A stretch of 64,000 bases of DNA from Squalus acanthias (taxonomy: Eukaryota), in the NCBI GenBank assembly GCA_030390025.1, contig CM059438.1:65970001-66034000 (forward strand). Direction: 5' to 3'. The position numbers and the translations under genes were made by a program. The notes beneath the pieces are model-generated. The model saw only the letters and a list, made by a program, of their open reading frames with translations. It did no database searches and was not told where the DNA came from. Positions 50,446-61,529 of the stretch are shown one piece after another; position 1 is the first letter of the stretch, and each line of letters starts with the position of its first letter.

Positions 50446-52024
50446 GTTGGAGATTTGCATGATTTGATAGTAACTGCAAGCCTAGTGTGGGAATCTACTG
50501 GAAGTATTTTTTCTCAAAAAACATCCTTTATAACTGGGGTTTTTCCATGTGCTGTTTGTTCTAGGGTGGCAGATGCATATTCCCAGGCTGCTCCAATAAA
50601 CGTGTCCTGGCTATGGCCTGGTTTTTACCTCATTTATATTGCAGAATCAGCGTAAGCAGATGTGAAAGGCTGCTAGTGCAATGTAAAAGTGGCGAATTCA
50701 GAATCCCGGCACCAACAACACTGCGAATGCACAAGACTGTGTCACCGTTCTGATGTTGGATAAAGGTTCACTCATGCCATCAATGTAAAAACTGCCTTGT
50801 TGGCCTATTAAGCGAGTTAGGAGCTCAGCTTCCCCAGCAGGTTGTGCAAAATGGAGGCCGGCAGCATGCCAGCGATGTCCATTTCCATTTACCATTGGCA
50901 GCATTTTACCACCAGATGCCCCCCGGAGGACCTAGCTTGCCTCCAGATTCAGTCGCGTAATAGTAAACGGGCATTTATCTTCTCTTACCCATGTTGTAGA
51001 TGTCGTAGAGCTGGTTGGTCAATGGCATTTGCAACAAAATCTATTATTGTATGAGTTGGGCCTTTTCCTTGATCCATGTTGAGCTTTCATTTTATTACAC
51101 AATATGAATGAATATCTCATTAGTGTAATTGATATGCAATGTGACACTGTGACAAATGGAGCAGAGAAAGCACCATTCAGCATAGTTTGAAACCCCTGTC
51201 ACCCCAACGTGTATATGAAAATGGAAAAGGTGTCAGCAGGATTTTGAAGCATTACTAAATCAATGCGAGCAGACATATTAATATCTTAAATATTTTCCAA
51301 ATCTCCTTTTATTTATGTCATGCTAAGTTAGTAATTTTTGCTTTGGGGAATTATGTTTTTAAGAGGTTTTCCCCCTAGGGTGTACTCTACCTCCATAGTA
51401 TGGCATTCATTCATCCATTGTGGTGCTTTTTCTGCAGGTCATAATCAAACATCCAACTGTTAATTAAAATGAAACATAATGCAAGGTCATAAGTGACGAG
51501 CAAAGCTCTTGAAGGGGACCCTAACCCATTATTTCAGTGCTATTTACATTAAAAACATGTTTAGCATATTTTATTAAAAATTCAGGATCAAGATTGCTTT
51601 TATTAAGGGAAAATGGGACTCTGTACAAAGAATGAGGCTTTCAGTCCTCTGTTCATTGAACATTTAACCTTCTAATGTTGTTGTTGCGCTGTAAGTTTGC
51701 TTGTTCTGTAGTCAGTCCTGGCTCCCGAGCGGCACTGTTGGTGTGGCGCTCTCCTGCTATCGAGCTTGTTGCAAGAGTCCGACCTGGCAGAAGGTGGCGA
51801 TGGACGTGCATTTGGAGATGTTCCCCATACTTCAGTGTCAGTATTTCATGTTAGTTTGAATATGTAATTCAGCATCTGGGAATGTTGCAATTGGCCAACT
51901 GGTTAGATCCAGTGCGCACAAGTCATGAGTCTGCAAGATAAAGTGTGTAAGCAGAGGCTGAGCTGCTGTCTCTAAAATTGATTTAAACCGACATCAAGAG
52001 AAAATGTTGAATCAAAGTGAAGCC

Positions 52025-52415
52025 TGGAAACGAGAAGACTAGGAGGAGGTCTGCTTGTGATCTTGAAAATTATGAAAGGGTTTGATAGGGTGGATGTGGA
52101 GAAACTGTTTCCACTTGTGGGTGTACCCAAAACAGGGGAGCATAAACGTAAGATAGCCACTAACAGATCAAATGAAGAATTCAGCAGGAATTTCTTTCTA
52201 CAGAGAGTGAGGAGGATGTGGAACCCGCTGCCACAGGGAGTAGCTAAAGCAGATAGCAATGACCCATTGAAGAGGAGGCTTGATGCATACATGAGGAAGA
52301 AAGGAATAGAGCATTACGAGGGAACAGGTAATTGGAGTGGGAGGAGGCTCGTGTGGAGTATAACCACCAGTATAGACCCGTTGGGCCGTACGGCCTGTTT
52401 CTGTGCTGTAGATGC
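52025..52415 (+). mobile_element. CR1 3' fragment
   Basis: KIMKGFDRVDVEKLFPL...NFFLQRVRRMWNPLP. Confidence 0.8.
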
Positions 52416-52796
52416 TGTGTGAATTTGATGAATTCACGCATTGTTTCCTAATGAACCGTGCAATTCCCAAATCAGATGTGCATTGTGTCAACTTCCCTCC
52501 AGTCAATTTTCTTCCCCTCAGGCTTGTTGTACAAGTTCTCCACATGAAACGCAAGACATCATGCCTGCCAGCTAGCCTACCCGCAGTTGGAGAACATTAT
52601 TCTGTTAATGTTTGAAGGAAATATCAGAGACAAGGAGGCACTATTTAGCATGTGGTTGAGATGGAAAGGAAGAAGGAATTGCAGTTGTGATTGATATCAC
52701 AATGTACGAGGAAAAATCATACAAGGTGGGCTGAAATTCTTTTAAGCACGCAGCTTTATTAGCATATGACTGGCGTCACCATTCAGAAATGCTTGG

Positions 52797-53106
52797 GTCA
52801 CCAGCTGTGGCTCAGTGGTAGCACTCTCGCCTCTGAGTCTGAAGGTTGTGGCCCCGTCTGCTCTCTCAGTTGGATGTAAAAGATCCTGGGACACTATTTG
52901 TAGAAGAGCAGGAGAATTCTACACTGGCCAATATCAATCCCTCAACCAGCATCACAAAAGATTATCTGGTCATTATCTCGTTGCTGTTTGTGGGACTCTG
53001 CTGTGCGCAAATTGGCTGCCACATTTCCTACATTACAGTATTTCATTGGTTGTAAAGCGCTTTGCGACGTCCTGAGGTCGTGAAAGCACTCCATAAAGGT
53101 AAGTTT
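52797..53106 (+). mobile_element. Deu-domain SINE with internal deletion
   Basis: cagctgtggctcagtggtagcactctcgcctctgagtc head joined to the taaaagatcc core and tail. Confidence 0.8.
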
Positions 53107-53392
53107 TTTTTTTCATCTATACATAGAAATTCATAGGGGCTATGACATGGAAACAGGCCATTCGGCCCATCCAGTCTGTGTCAATGTTTACCCTCCACGC
53201 GAGCAAGTCGTTCGAATCACAATCTTAATCTGGGTAAGCATAAAAAATGGCACGAATCCGTGTTTTACGCAGACCATTTGCATTCAAACCCAGTGTCAAC
53301 TTGTTTGTGTCAGCGGTCGCAAATTGGTGTCAATTCAAACGTCCCGTGCTCTCGTTGCAGCTAATTCTCATTGCGGCGAGCATCAGTGAGTC

Positions 53393-56300
53393 ATAGATAG
53401 ATAGAACAGTACAGCACAGTACAGGCCCTTCGGCCCTCGATGTTGTGCCGAGCATTGTCCGAGACCAAGATCAAGCTATCACACTCCCTATCACTCTGGT
53501 GTGCTCCATGTGCTTATCCAATAACCGCTTGAAAGTTCCTAAAGTGTCCGACTCCACTATCACAGCAGGCAGTCCATTCCACACCCCAACCACTCTCTGA
53601 GTAAAGAATCTACCTCGGACATCCCTTCTATATCTCCCCCCATGCACCTTATAGTTATGCCCCCTTGTAACAGCTGCCTCTACCCGAGGAAATAGTCTCT
53701 GAACATCCACTCTATCTATCCCCCTCATCATCTTATAAACCTCTATTAAGTCGCCTCTCATCCTCCTCCGCTCTAAAGAGAAAAGCCCCAACTCCCTCAA
53801 TCTTTCCTCATAAGACCTCCCCCCCAAACCAGGCAGCATCCTGGTAAATCTCCTTTGCACTCTTTCCAATGCTTCCACGTCCTTCCTATAGTGAGGTGAC
53901 CAGAACTGCACACAATATTCCAAATGTGGTCTCACCAAGGTCCTGTACAGTTGCAGCATAACCTCACGGTTCTTAAACTCAAACCCTCTGTTAATAAATG
54001 CCAACACACCATAGGCCTTCTTTACTGCTCTATCCACTTGAGTGGCAACCTTCAGAGATCTGTGGATATGAACCCCCAGATCCCTCTGCTCCTCCACGTT
54101 CCTCAGAACCCTGCCGTTGACCCTGTAATCCTTATTCAAATTTGCCCTACCAAAATGAATCACCTCGCACTTATCAGGGTTAAATTCCATCTGCCATTTT
54201 TCGGCCCAGCTCTGCATCCTATCAATGTCTCTTTGCAGCCTACAACTGCCCTCCACCTCATCCACTACTCCACCAATCTTGGTGTCATCAGCAAATTTAC
54301 TGATCCACCCTTCAGTCCCCTCCTCCAAGTCATTGATAAAAATCACAAACAGCAGAGGACCCAGCACCGACCCCTGTGGCACACCGCTGGTAACTGGTCT
54401 CCAGTCCGAAAATGTTCCATCCACCACCACCCTCTGCCTTCTATGAGATAGCCAGTTACTTATCCAATCGGCCAAATTTCCCTCTATCCCACAACTCCTT
54501 ACTTTCTTCATGAGACGACCATGGGGAACCTTATCAAACGCCTTACTAAAATCCATGTATACGACATCAACTGCTCTACCTTCATCTACACACTTAGTTA
54601 CCTCCTCAAAGAATTCAATCAAATTTGTTAGGCAAGACTTACCCTTCACGAATCCGTGTTGACTATCCCTGATTAAGTTGCCCCTTTCCAAATGGTCATA
54701 AATCCTATCCCTCAGGACCTTTTCCATTATCTTACCAACCACCGAAGTAAGACTAACCGGCCTATAATTACCAGGGTCATTCCTATTTCCTTTCTTGAAG
54801 AGAGGAACAACATTCGCCACTCTCCAGTCCTCTGGCACCATCCCCGTGGACAGTGAGGACCCAAAGATCAAAGCCAGAGGCTCTGCAATCTCCTCCCTTG
54901 CCTCCCAAAGAATCCTAGGATATATCCCATCTGGCCCAGGGGACTTATCGACCCTCAGGTTCTTCAAAATTGCTAAAACATCTTCCCTCAGAACATCTAC
55001 CACCTCCAGCCTATCCACCTTTATCACACTCCCATCCTCAAGAACATGGCCCCTCTCCTCGGTGAACACTGACGAAAAGTATTCATTCATCACCTCTCCT
55101 ATCTCTTCTGACTCCATGCACAAGTTCCCACTACTGTCCTTGACCGGCCCTACCCTCACCCTGGTCATTCTTTTATTTCTCACATAAGAGTAAAAAGCCT
55201 TGGGGTTTTTCTTGATCCGACCCGCCAAGGACTTCTCATGCCCCCTCCTAGCTCTCCTAAGCTCTTTTTTTAGCTCATTCCTTGCTACCTTGTACCCCTC
55301 AATCGACCCAACTGAACCTTGTTTTCTCATCCTTACATACGCTTCCTTTTTCCTCTTGTCTAGACATTCAACCTCTTTTGTGAACCATGGTTCTCTCACT
55401 CGGCCATTTCCTCCCTGCCTGACAGGGACATACCTATCAAGGACACGCAGTAATTGCTCCATGAAAAAGCTCCACTTTTCGTTTGTGCCTTTCCCTGATA
55501 GTTTCTGTTCCCATCTTATACTCCCTAATTCTTGCCTAATCGCATCATAATTACCCCTCCCCCAATTATAAACCCTGCCCTGCCGTATGGCCCTATCCCT
55601 CTCCATTGCAATAGTGAAAGTTACCGAATTGTGGTCACTATCTCCAAAATGCTCTCCCACATACAAATCAAACACTTGGCCCGGTTCATTACCCAGTACC
55701 AAATCCAACGTGGCCCCACCTCTTGTCGGCCTATCCACATATTGTGTCAGGAAACCCTCCTGCACACACTGTGCAAAAACTATCCCATCCGAACTGTTTG
55801 ACCTATAAAGGTTCCAATCAATATTTGGAAAGTTGAAGTCACCCATGACAACTACTCTGTGACCTCCACACCTATTCATAATCTGCTTTGCAATTTCTTC
55901 CTCCACATCTTTATTACTATTTGGGGGCCTGTAGAAAACTCCTAACAACGTGACCGCTCCTTTCCTATTTCTAACTTCAGCCCATATTACCTCAGACGGC
56001 AGATCCCCCTCGAACTGCCTTTCTGCCGCTGTTAAACTATCCTTGATTAACAATGCTACTCCTCCACCTTTCTTACCAACTTCCCTACTCTTACTGAAAC
56101 ATCTATACCCCAGAACTTCCAACAACCATTCCTGTCCCTGTTCTAACCATGTCTCCGTAATGGCCACCACATCGTAGTCCCAAGTACCAATCCACGCTCC
56201 AAGTTCTCCTACCTTATTGCGGATGCTCCTTGCATTGAAGTAGACACACTTCAAGCCATCTTCCTGTCTGCCGGTACATTCCTGCGACCTTGATACCCTC

Positions 56301-56430
56301 CTCAGTACCTCCCTACACTCACCACTGGCTCGTGGACTACAGCCCTTTTTCCCATCCCCCTGACAAATTAGTTTAAACCCCCCCGAAGAGCCGTAGCAAA
56401 TTTCCCTCCCAGGATATTGGTGCCCCTCTG
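53393..56430 (-). mobile_element. Young CR1 LINE (HER1-like), 5' truncated in the last codons of ORF1
   Basis: Intact ORF2, 3' UTR hairpin ggccgaagggcc and ttctatctatctat tail; ORF1 end QRGTNILGGKFATALRGGLN* at 56430-56368. Confidence 0.95.
53471..56377 (-). CDS. CR1 ORF2: APE endonuclease plus reverse transcriptase, uninterrupted; start given at the slippery site because there is no AUG
   Basis: YFNARSIRNK, ITETW, GDFN, LDLV and SDH (APE); NYRPVSLTS, QHGF, DFSKAFD, GVPQGSVLGP and FADD (RT). The frame stays open 41 codons upstream of the TTG used by the ORF track (FKLICQGDG...). Confidence 0.93.
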   Translation of the reverse strand, partial: FKLICQGDGKKGCSPRASGECREVLRRVSRSQECTGRQEDGLKCVYFNARSIRNKVGELGAWIGTWDYDVVAITETWLEQGQEWLLEVLGYRCFSKSREVGKKGGGVALLIKDSLTAAERQFEGDLPSEVIWAEVRNRKGAVTLLGVFYRPPNSNKDVEEEIAKQIMNRCGGHRVVVMGDFNFPNIDWNLYRSNSSDGIVFAQCVQEGFLTQYVDRPTRGGATLDLVLGNEPGQVFDLYVGEHFGDSDHNSVTFTIAMERDRAIRQGRVYNWGRGNYDAIRQELGSIRWEQKLSGKGTNEKWSFFMEQLLRVLDRYVPVRQGGNGRVREPWFTKEVECLDKRKKEAYVRMRKQGSVGSIEGYKVARNELKKELRRARRGHEKSLAGRIKKNPKAFYSYVRNKRMTRVRVGPVKDSSGNLCMESEEIGEVMNEYFSSVFTEERGHVLEDGSVIKVDRLEVVDVLREDVLAILKNLRVDKSPGPDGIYPRILWEAREEIAEPLALIFGSSLSTGMVPEDWRVANVVPLFKKGNRNDPGNYRPVSLTSVVGKIMEKVLRDRIYDHLERGNLIRDSQHGFVKGKSCLTNLIEFFEEVTKCVDEGRAVDVVYMDFSKAFDKVPHGRLMKKVRSCGIEGNLADWISNWLSHRRQRVVVDGTFSDWRPVTSGVPQGSVLGPLLFVIFINDLEEGTEGWISKFADDTKIGGVVDEVEGSCRLQRDIDRMQSWAEKWQMEFNPDKCEVIHFGRANLNKDYRVNGRVLRNVEEQRDLGVHIHRSLKVATQVDRAVKKAYGVLAFINRGFEFKNREVMLQLYRTLVRPHLEYCVQFWSPHYRKDVEALERVQRRFTRMLPGLGGRSYEERLRELGLFSLERRRMRGDLIEVYKMMRGIDRVDVQRLFPRVEAAVTRGHNYKVHGGRYRRDVRGRFFTQRVVGVWNGLPAVIVESDTLGTFKRLLDKHMEHTRVIGSVIA

Positions 56431-56794
56431 GTCGCTTTTTGGAAATGCACCAAGTTACCGTTGATCAGATTCATACTTGAAAAATAACTGCTGCGAAAGG
56501 AGAGGCAAGACTGGGGAGAGGAGATTGAGAGGGTGAAATGGCGAGTCAGCTCAGCTGTGCAAATCCTGAGAACATGTGATGCTTTAGTTGCAGCTGATCT
56601 GAGTTTCCTGGCAATGCTTTTGTTTAAATACAACTTCTCCCCAACAACAGCCCTCGCCATGCTCCCCTCTCTACTTTCCCTGATGCTTCCCCTCTCTTTT
56701 CTCTCTCATTCTGCCTCTCCTTTTACCAGAACCAATTCTCCTAAAAAGTATCCGATCAACGGTAACTGGACAAATCTCCAACAAGTAACTCACT

Positions 56795-56983
56795 GGGGGT
56801 CATTTTGACTTGGAGCGACAATGGAAAATGGTGATAATTGGATCAGCCGCCCATTATACATCTCCCTATTTTTATTTCCATTGATGTCAGTCGAGATGAA
56901 ATTCAGCCAAGACATATAACTCTCTGATACGCTGATCCAATATCGCCCGTTTTACGCAATCATCCAAAGTCAAAATTATCGCC
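56795..56983. mobile_element. Short palindromic Harbinger-like MITE
   Basis: gggggtcattttgactt / aagtcaaaattatcgcc termini, 3-bp TSD ACT/ACT, internal ttggatcagc / gctgatccaa symmetry. Confidence 0.7.
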
Positions 56984-57776
56984 ACTGATTTTTCTAGATA
57001 TTCTTTAGAAAGAAGGGATGTTCAGGTAAATATCCCCAAGTTTAAAATATGTGCCTCTGTCCTGTTGCTTAACTCTACACTAACGCACTTTATACGGATA
57101 TTGGGAATGGCTGAGTAAATACTCCTCGGCCTTCACTGTTGCGTATCAGTCCTTCAATGATGAACCCAGCAAGTCCACATAAATACAGCATTATTGTGGC
57201 AACCGCGTCTGCTTTTTCTGGTGCGGTGTGTCAAACTGCCTTCAGTTATTTCGTCCCCCCTCAGGCGTACTGTACAAACTCGCTCTCAACATGAAATATA
57301 AGGCATTCGTGCCTGTTAGCCGGCTTACCCAGTGCTCTGTATGATTTTACAATTCTGCAAAATGCACAATAGCAAACGTCCCCTCAACTCAGCCTCTCCA
57401 CACTCGTGTCAGCAGTTTCAGGGACATTTTAAACTCCAGTTGACAGCAGCATCGAAGAATGCAGCACCATTCAGTGTGCTCGCAAAAGAACTGTCAACAA
57501 CGTGGTATTTTTTTTAAAGAAGTCAGCATGAATAACTTTGGGCAAGATGACGGTGTCATGAGGCAAATTGGACGCAGCCGGGATTCTTTGCTTTCTGCCT
57601 GGTTTTGTTGGTAAAAATCTGGATTTGTCAGTTGTACCGAGCTTTGTTATCAGTCCTGTTGAATTCCTGACTGTCAGCTTAGGTCACTGGGTAGCACTCT
57701 CACCTCAGTCGGAAAGTTTTGGGTTTACGCCCCACTGACACTTTAGCGCCTATTTGACCAAGCAAGTCTCCTGAAG

Positions 57777-57911
57777 CAATGTTCCCTCTACTTTTTTATG
57801 GGCTGCGCGGCCCATTCAAAATTCTGCGCATGCGCGTTTTTTTCCATTTAAAAGCCGGTGAGGCGGCTGCGCGGGACATCCAGAGCGCTGCGTGGCAAAA
57901 AGGGAACATTG
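57777..57911. mobile_element. hAT MITE, 135 bp
   Basis: TIR caatgttccct / agggaacattg; 8-bp TSD tcctgaag / ccctgaag. Confidence 0.85.
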
Positions 57912-57967
57912 CCCTGAAGTGAATCCCTACTTCCTGCTCAGTGGCTAACCAAGCTCGTGACTAGGAA

Positions 57968-58630
57968 TTAAGAAGGCAAGTGGAAAGTTGGCCTTTATTG
58001 CAAGGGGGATGGAGTATAAAAGTAGGGAAGTCTTGCTACAACTGTACAGGGTATTGGTGAGACCACACCTGGAGTACTGCGTACAGTTTTGGTCTCCTTA
58101 TTTAAGGAAGGATATACTTGCATTGGAGGCAGTTCAGAGAAGGTTCACTAGGTTGATTCCTGAGATGAAGGGGTTGTCTTATGAAGAAAGGTTGAGCAGG
58201 TTGGGCCTATACTCATTGGAGTTTAGAAAAATGAGAGGTGATCTTATTGAAACATATAAGATTCTGAGGGGGCTTGACAGGGTAGATGCAGGGAGGATGT
58301 TTCCCCTAGTGGGGGTATCTAGAACTAGGGGGCACAGTTTCAGGATAAGGGGTTGCCCATTTAAAACGGAGATGAGGAGGAATTTCTTCTCTCAGAGGGT
58401 CGTCAATCTTTGGAATTCTCTACCCCAGAGAGCTGTGGAGGCGGAGTCATTGAATATATTCAAGGCGGAGATAGACAGATATTTGAGCTACAGGGGAGTC
58501 TGGGGTTATGAGGAGCGGGCGGGAATGTGGCGTTGAGGCCAAGATCAGATCAGTCATGATCTTATTGAATGGCGGGGCAGGCTCGAGGGGCCGATTGGCC
58601 GACTCCTGCTCCTGTTTCTTATGTTCTTAT
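57968..58630 (+). mobile_element. CR1 3' fragment
   Basis: 182-aa open frame LYRVLVRPHLEYCVQFWSP...; ttcttatgttcttatg tail. Confidence 0.92.
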
Positions 58631-58999
58631 GCTCTTTGAGAGGAAATGTAGGACAGTCTGGAAAAACATGCTTCCTCACCATGAGTAAAGGTCTACTTGA
58701 GTATAATTTTTCTTCAGATTGTATAAATCTGTTTCCTTTCACTGAAGATTTCTGTGGAGACAAATATTTTGAGGCCTTATGAATGATTTTAATACTAAAC
58801 GGGGAGCAGTAGAATAGAGATTTCATTCAGCAGTTTGCCAGTGAGTGCCCTGCCCACAATAAGCATCTAATACTGTACTTATTTTCCAGTGCCAAGATTT
58901 GTCCCTTAATAGATGTCTATGAAAATTTTCAGCATAAAAAAAGATGGGCTGCACCTAAATCGAATGGGAATGAAGAGGAGAAGAAAGGGGAGAGGGATA

Positions 59000-61325
59000 A
59001 ACCAGGTAATTACAGGCCAGTCAGCCTAACGTTGATGCTGGGGAACCTTTTAGAGACAAAATTAATTGTCAGTTGGAAAAATATGGGTTACTAAATGAAA
59101 GCCAGCACGGATTTGTTAAAGGCAAATCGTGTTTGAATAACTTGATTGAGTTCTTTGATGAAGGAATGGAGAGGGTTGATGAAGGTAGTGCAGTTGACGT
59201 TGTGTACATGGACTTTAAAAAGGCATTTGATAAAGTACCACGTAATAGACTTGTTAGCAAAATTGAAGCCCATGGGATTAAATGGGCAGTGGCTGCGTGG
59301 ATACGAAGTTGGCTAAGTGACGGAAATCAGAGAGTGGTGGTGAACAGTTGTTTTTCAGACGGGAGGGAGGTACACAGTGGGACCAGTGCTCTTTTTGATA
59401 CTTGTTAATGGCCTGGGCTTGGATATACAGGGCATAATTTCAAAGTTTGCAGTTGTCACAAAATGTAGTAAACAGTGAGAAGGATAGTAACAGACTTCAG
59501 GAGGACATAGACAGACTGGTGAAATGGGCAGACACATGGCAGATGAAATTTAACGCAGAGAAGTGGGAAGTGATGCACTTTGGTAGGAAGAATGAGGAGA
59601 GGCAATATAAACTAAATGGTAATAATTTTAAAGGGGGTGCAGGAACAGAGAGACCTGGGGGTGTACGTACGCAAGTCTTTGAAGGTGGCAGAACAAGTTG
59701 AGAAGGCTGTTAAAAAGGCACACGGGACCCTTAGCTTTATTAATAAAGGCATAGAGTACAAAAGCAAGGAAGTTAATCTAAACCTTTATAAAACACTGGT
59801 TAGGCCCCAGCTGGAGTATTGTGGCCAATTCTGGGCACCACACTTTAGGAAAGATGTCAAGGCCTTAGCGAGGATGCCAAGGAGATTTTCTAGAATGGTA
59901 AATAAGAAATAGGAGCAGGAGTAGTCCATACGGCCCCTCGAGCCTGCTCTGCCATTCAATAAGATGATAGCTGATCTTCTACCTCAACTCTACTTTCCCC
60001 ATACCCCTTGATTCCCTTAGTGTCCAAAAATCTATCGATCTCAGTCTTGAATATACTCATCGACTGAGCATCCACAACCCTCTGGGGTAGAGAATTCCAA
60101 AGATTCACAACCCTCTGAGTGAAGAAATTTCTCCTCATCTCAGTCCTAAATGGCCGACCCCTTATCCTGAGACTATGACCCCTAGTTCTAGATTCTCTAG
60201 ACAGGGGAAACAGCCTCTCAGCATCTACCCTGTCAAGCCCTCTAACCTCAAAAGGATGAAAGACTTCAGTTAAGTGAAGAGACTAGAGAAACTAGGGCTG
60301 TTTTCCTTAGAGCAGAGAAGATTAAGGGGAGATTTGAGAGATGTGTTCAAAATCATGTAGGATTTTGATAGAGTAAATAAGGAGAAACTATTAAATAAAT
60401 AAAACTTGCATTTATACAGTGCTTTTCACGACCACCGGACATCTCAAAGCGCTTTACAGCCAATGAATTACTTTTTTTTTAAGTGTAATCACTGTTGTAC
60501 TGTAGGAAACACAGCAGCCAATTTCCCCACAGCAAGGTCCCACAAACAGCAATGTGATAATGACCAGATAATCTGTTTTAGTGATGTTGATTGAGGGTTT
60601 TCTAGACACAAAAGACATCAAGGGGTATGGGGAGAGAGCGGGAATATGGTATTGAGATAAAGGATTAGCCATGATCATATTGAATGGCGAAACAGGCTCG
60701 AAGGGCTGAATGGCCTACTCCTGCTCTTATTTTTCTATGTTTCTATGTTTCTATAAATATTGGCCAGGACACCGGGGATAACTCACCTGCTCTTCAAAAT
60801 AGTGCCGTGGAATCTTTTATGTCCACCTGAGAGAGCAGTCTCAGCTTAACATCTCATCCGAAACACGGCACCTCCGACAGTGCAGCACTCCCTCAGTACT
60901 GCACTGGAGTGTCAGCCTAAAATGTTGTGTTTAATTCTCTGGAGTGAGACTTGAACCCACAACCTTCTGACTCCGAGGTGTGGGTCCTACCAACTGAGCC
61001 ATAGCTGACATGTATTTCCAGTTGCAGAAGGGTCAGTAACCAGATGGCACAGATTTTAGGTAATTGGCAAAGAAACGGTGGTGACATGAGGAAAAAATTT
61101 TACACGACGAGTTTTTATGATCTGGAATGCACTGCCTGAAAGGGTAGTGGAAGCATATTCAATAATAACTTCCAAAAGGGAATTGGATAAATACTTGAAG
61201 GAGGAAAATTTACTGGGCTATGGGGGAAGTGCAGGGGATTGGGACTAATTGGATAGCTCCTTCAAAGAGCCAGCACAGGCACGATGGGTCAAATGGCCTC
61301 CTTCTGTGCTGTATCATTCTATAAT
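59000..61325 (+). mobile_element. Degenerate CR1 RT region with nested CR1 (59900-60243, -), Deu-SINE (60395-61010, -) and CR1 tail (~60598-60752, +)
   Basis: NYRPVSL, SQHGFVKGKSCL and DFKKAFDKVP motifs; host sequence resumes after each insert. Confidence 0.85.
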
Positions 61326-61529
61326 CCTAAGAGACTTGTGAGGAATATTGAGGTAAAAATCGAAAATAATTTAAACTAGATAGGGGAAAGGGCAGGGAGA
61401 TAACCGAATCCCAGATGGACTGGCTTGGAGTGCAAAAGGTAGTCAATAGGTGAATAAGGACACAGAAACTGAGAGAAACATGCATGCACTGGAGGACAGG
61501 GAAAAGCAAAAAACGGCAGCAAATTTACA

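Noticed and set aside
53924..55808. Several plus-strand ORFs of 73-175 aa
   Set aside because: Antisense shadows of the CR1 ORF2.
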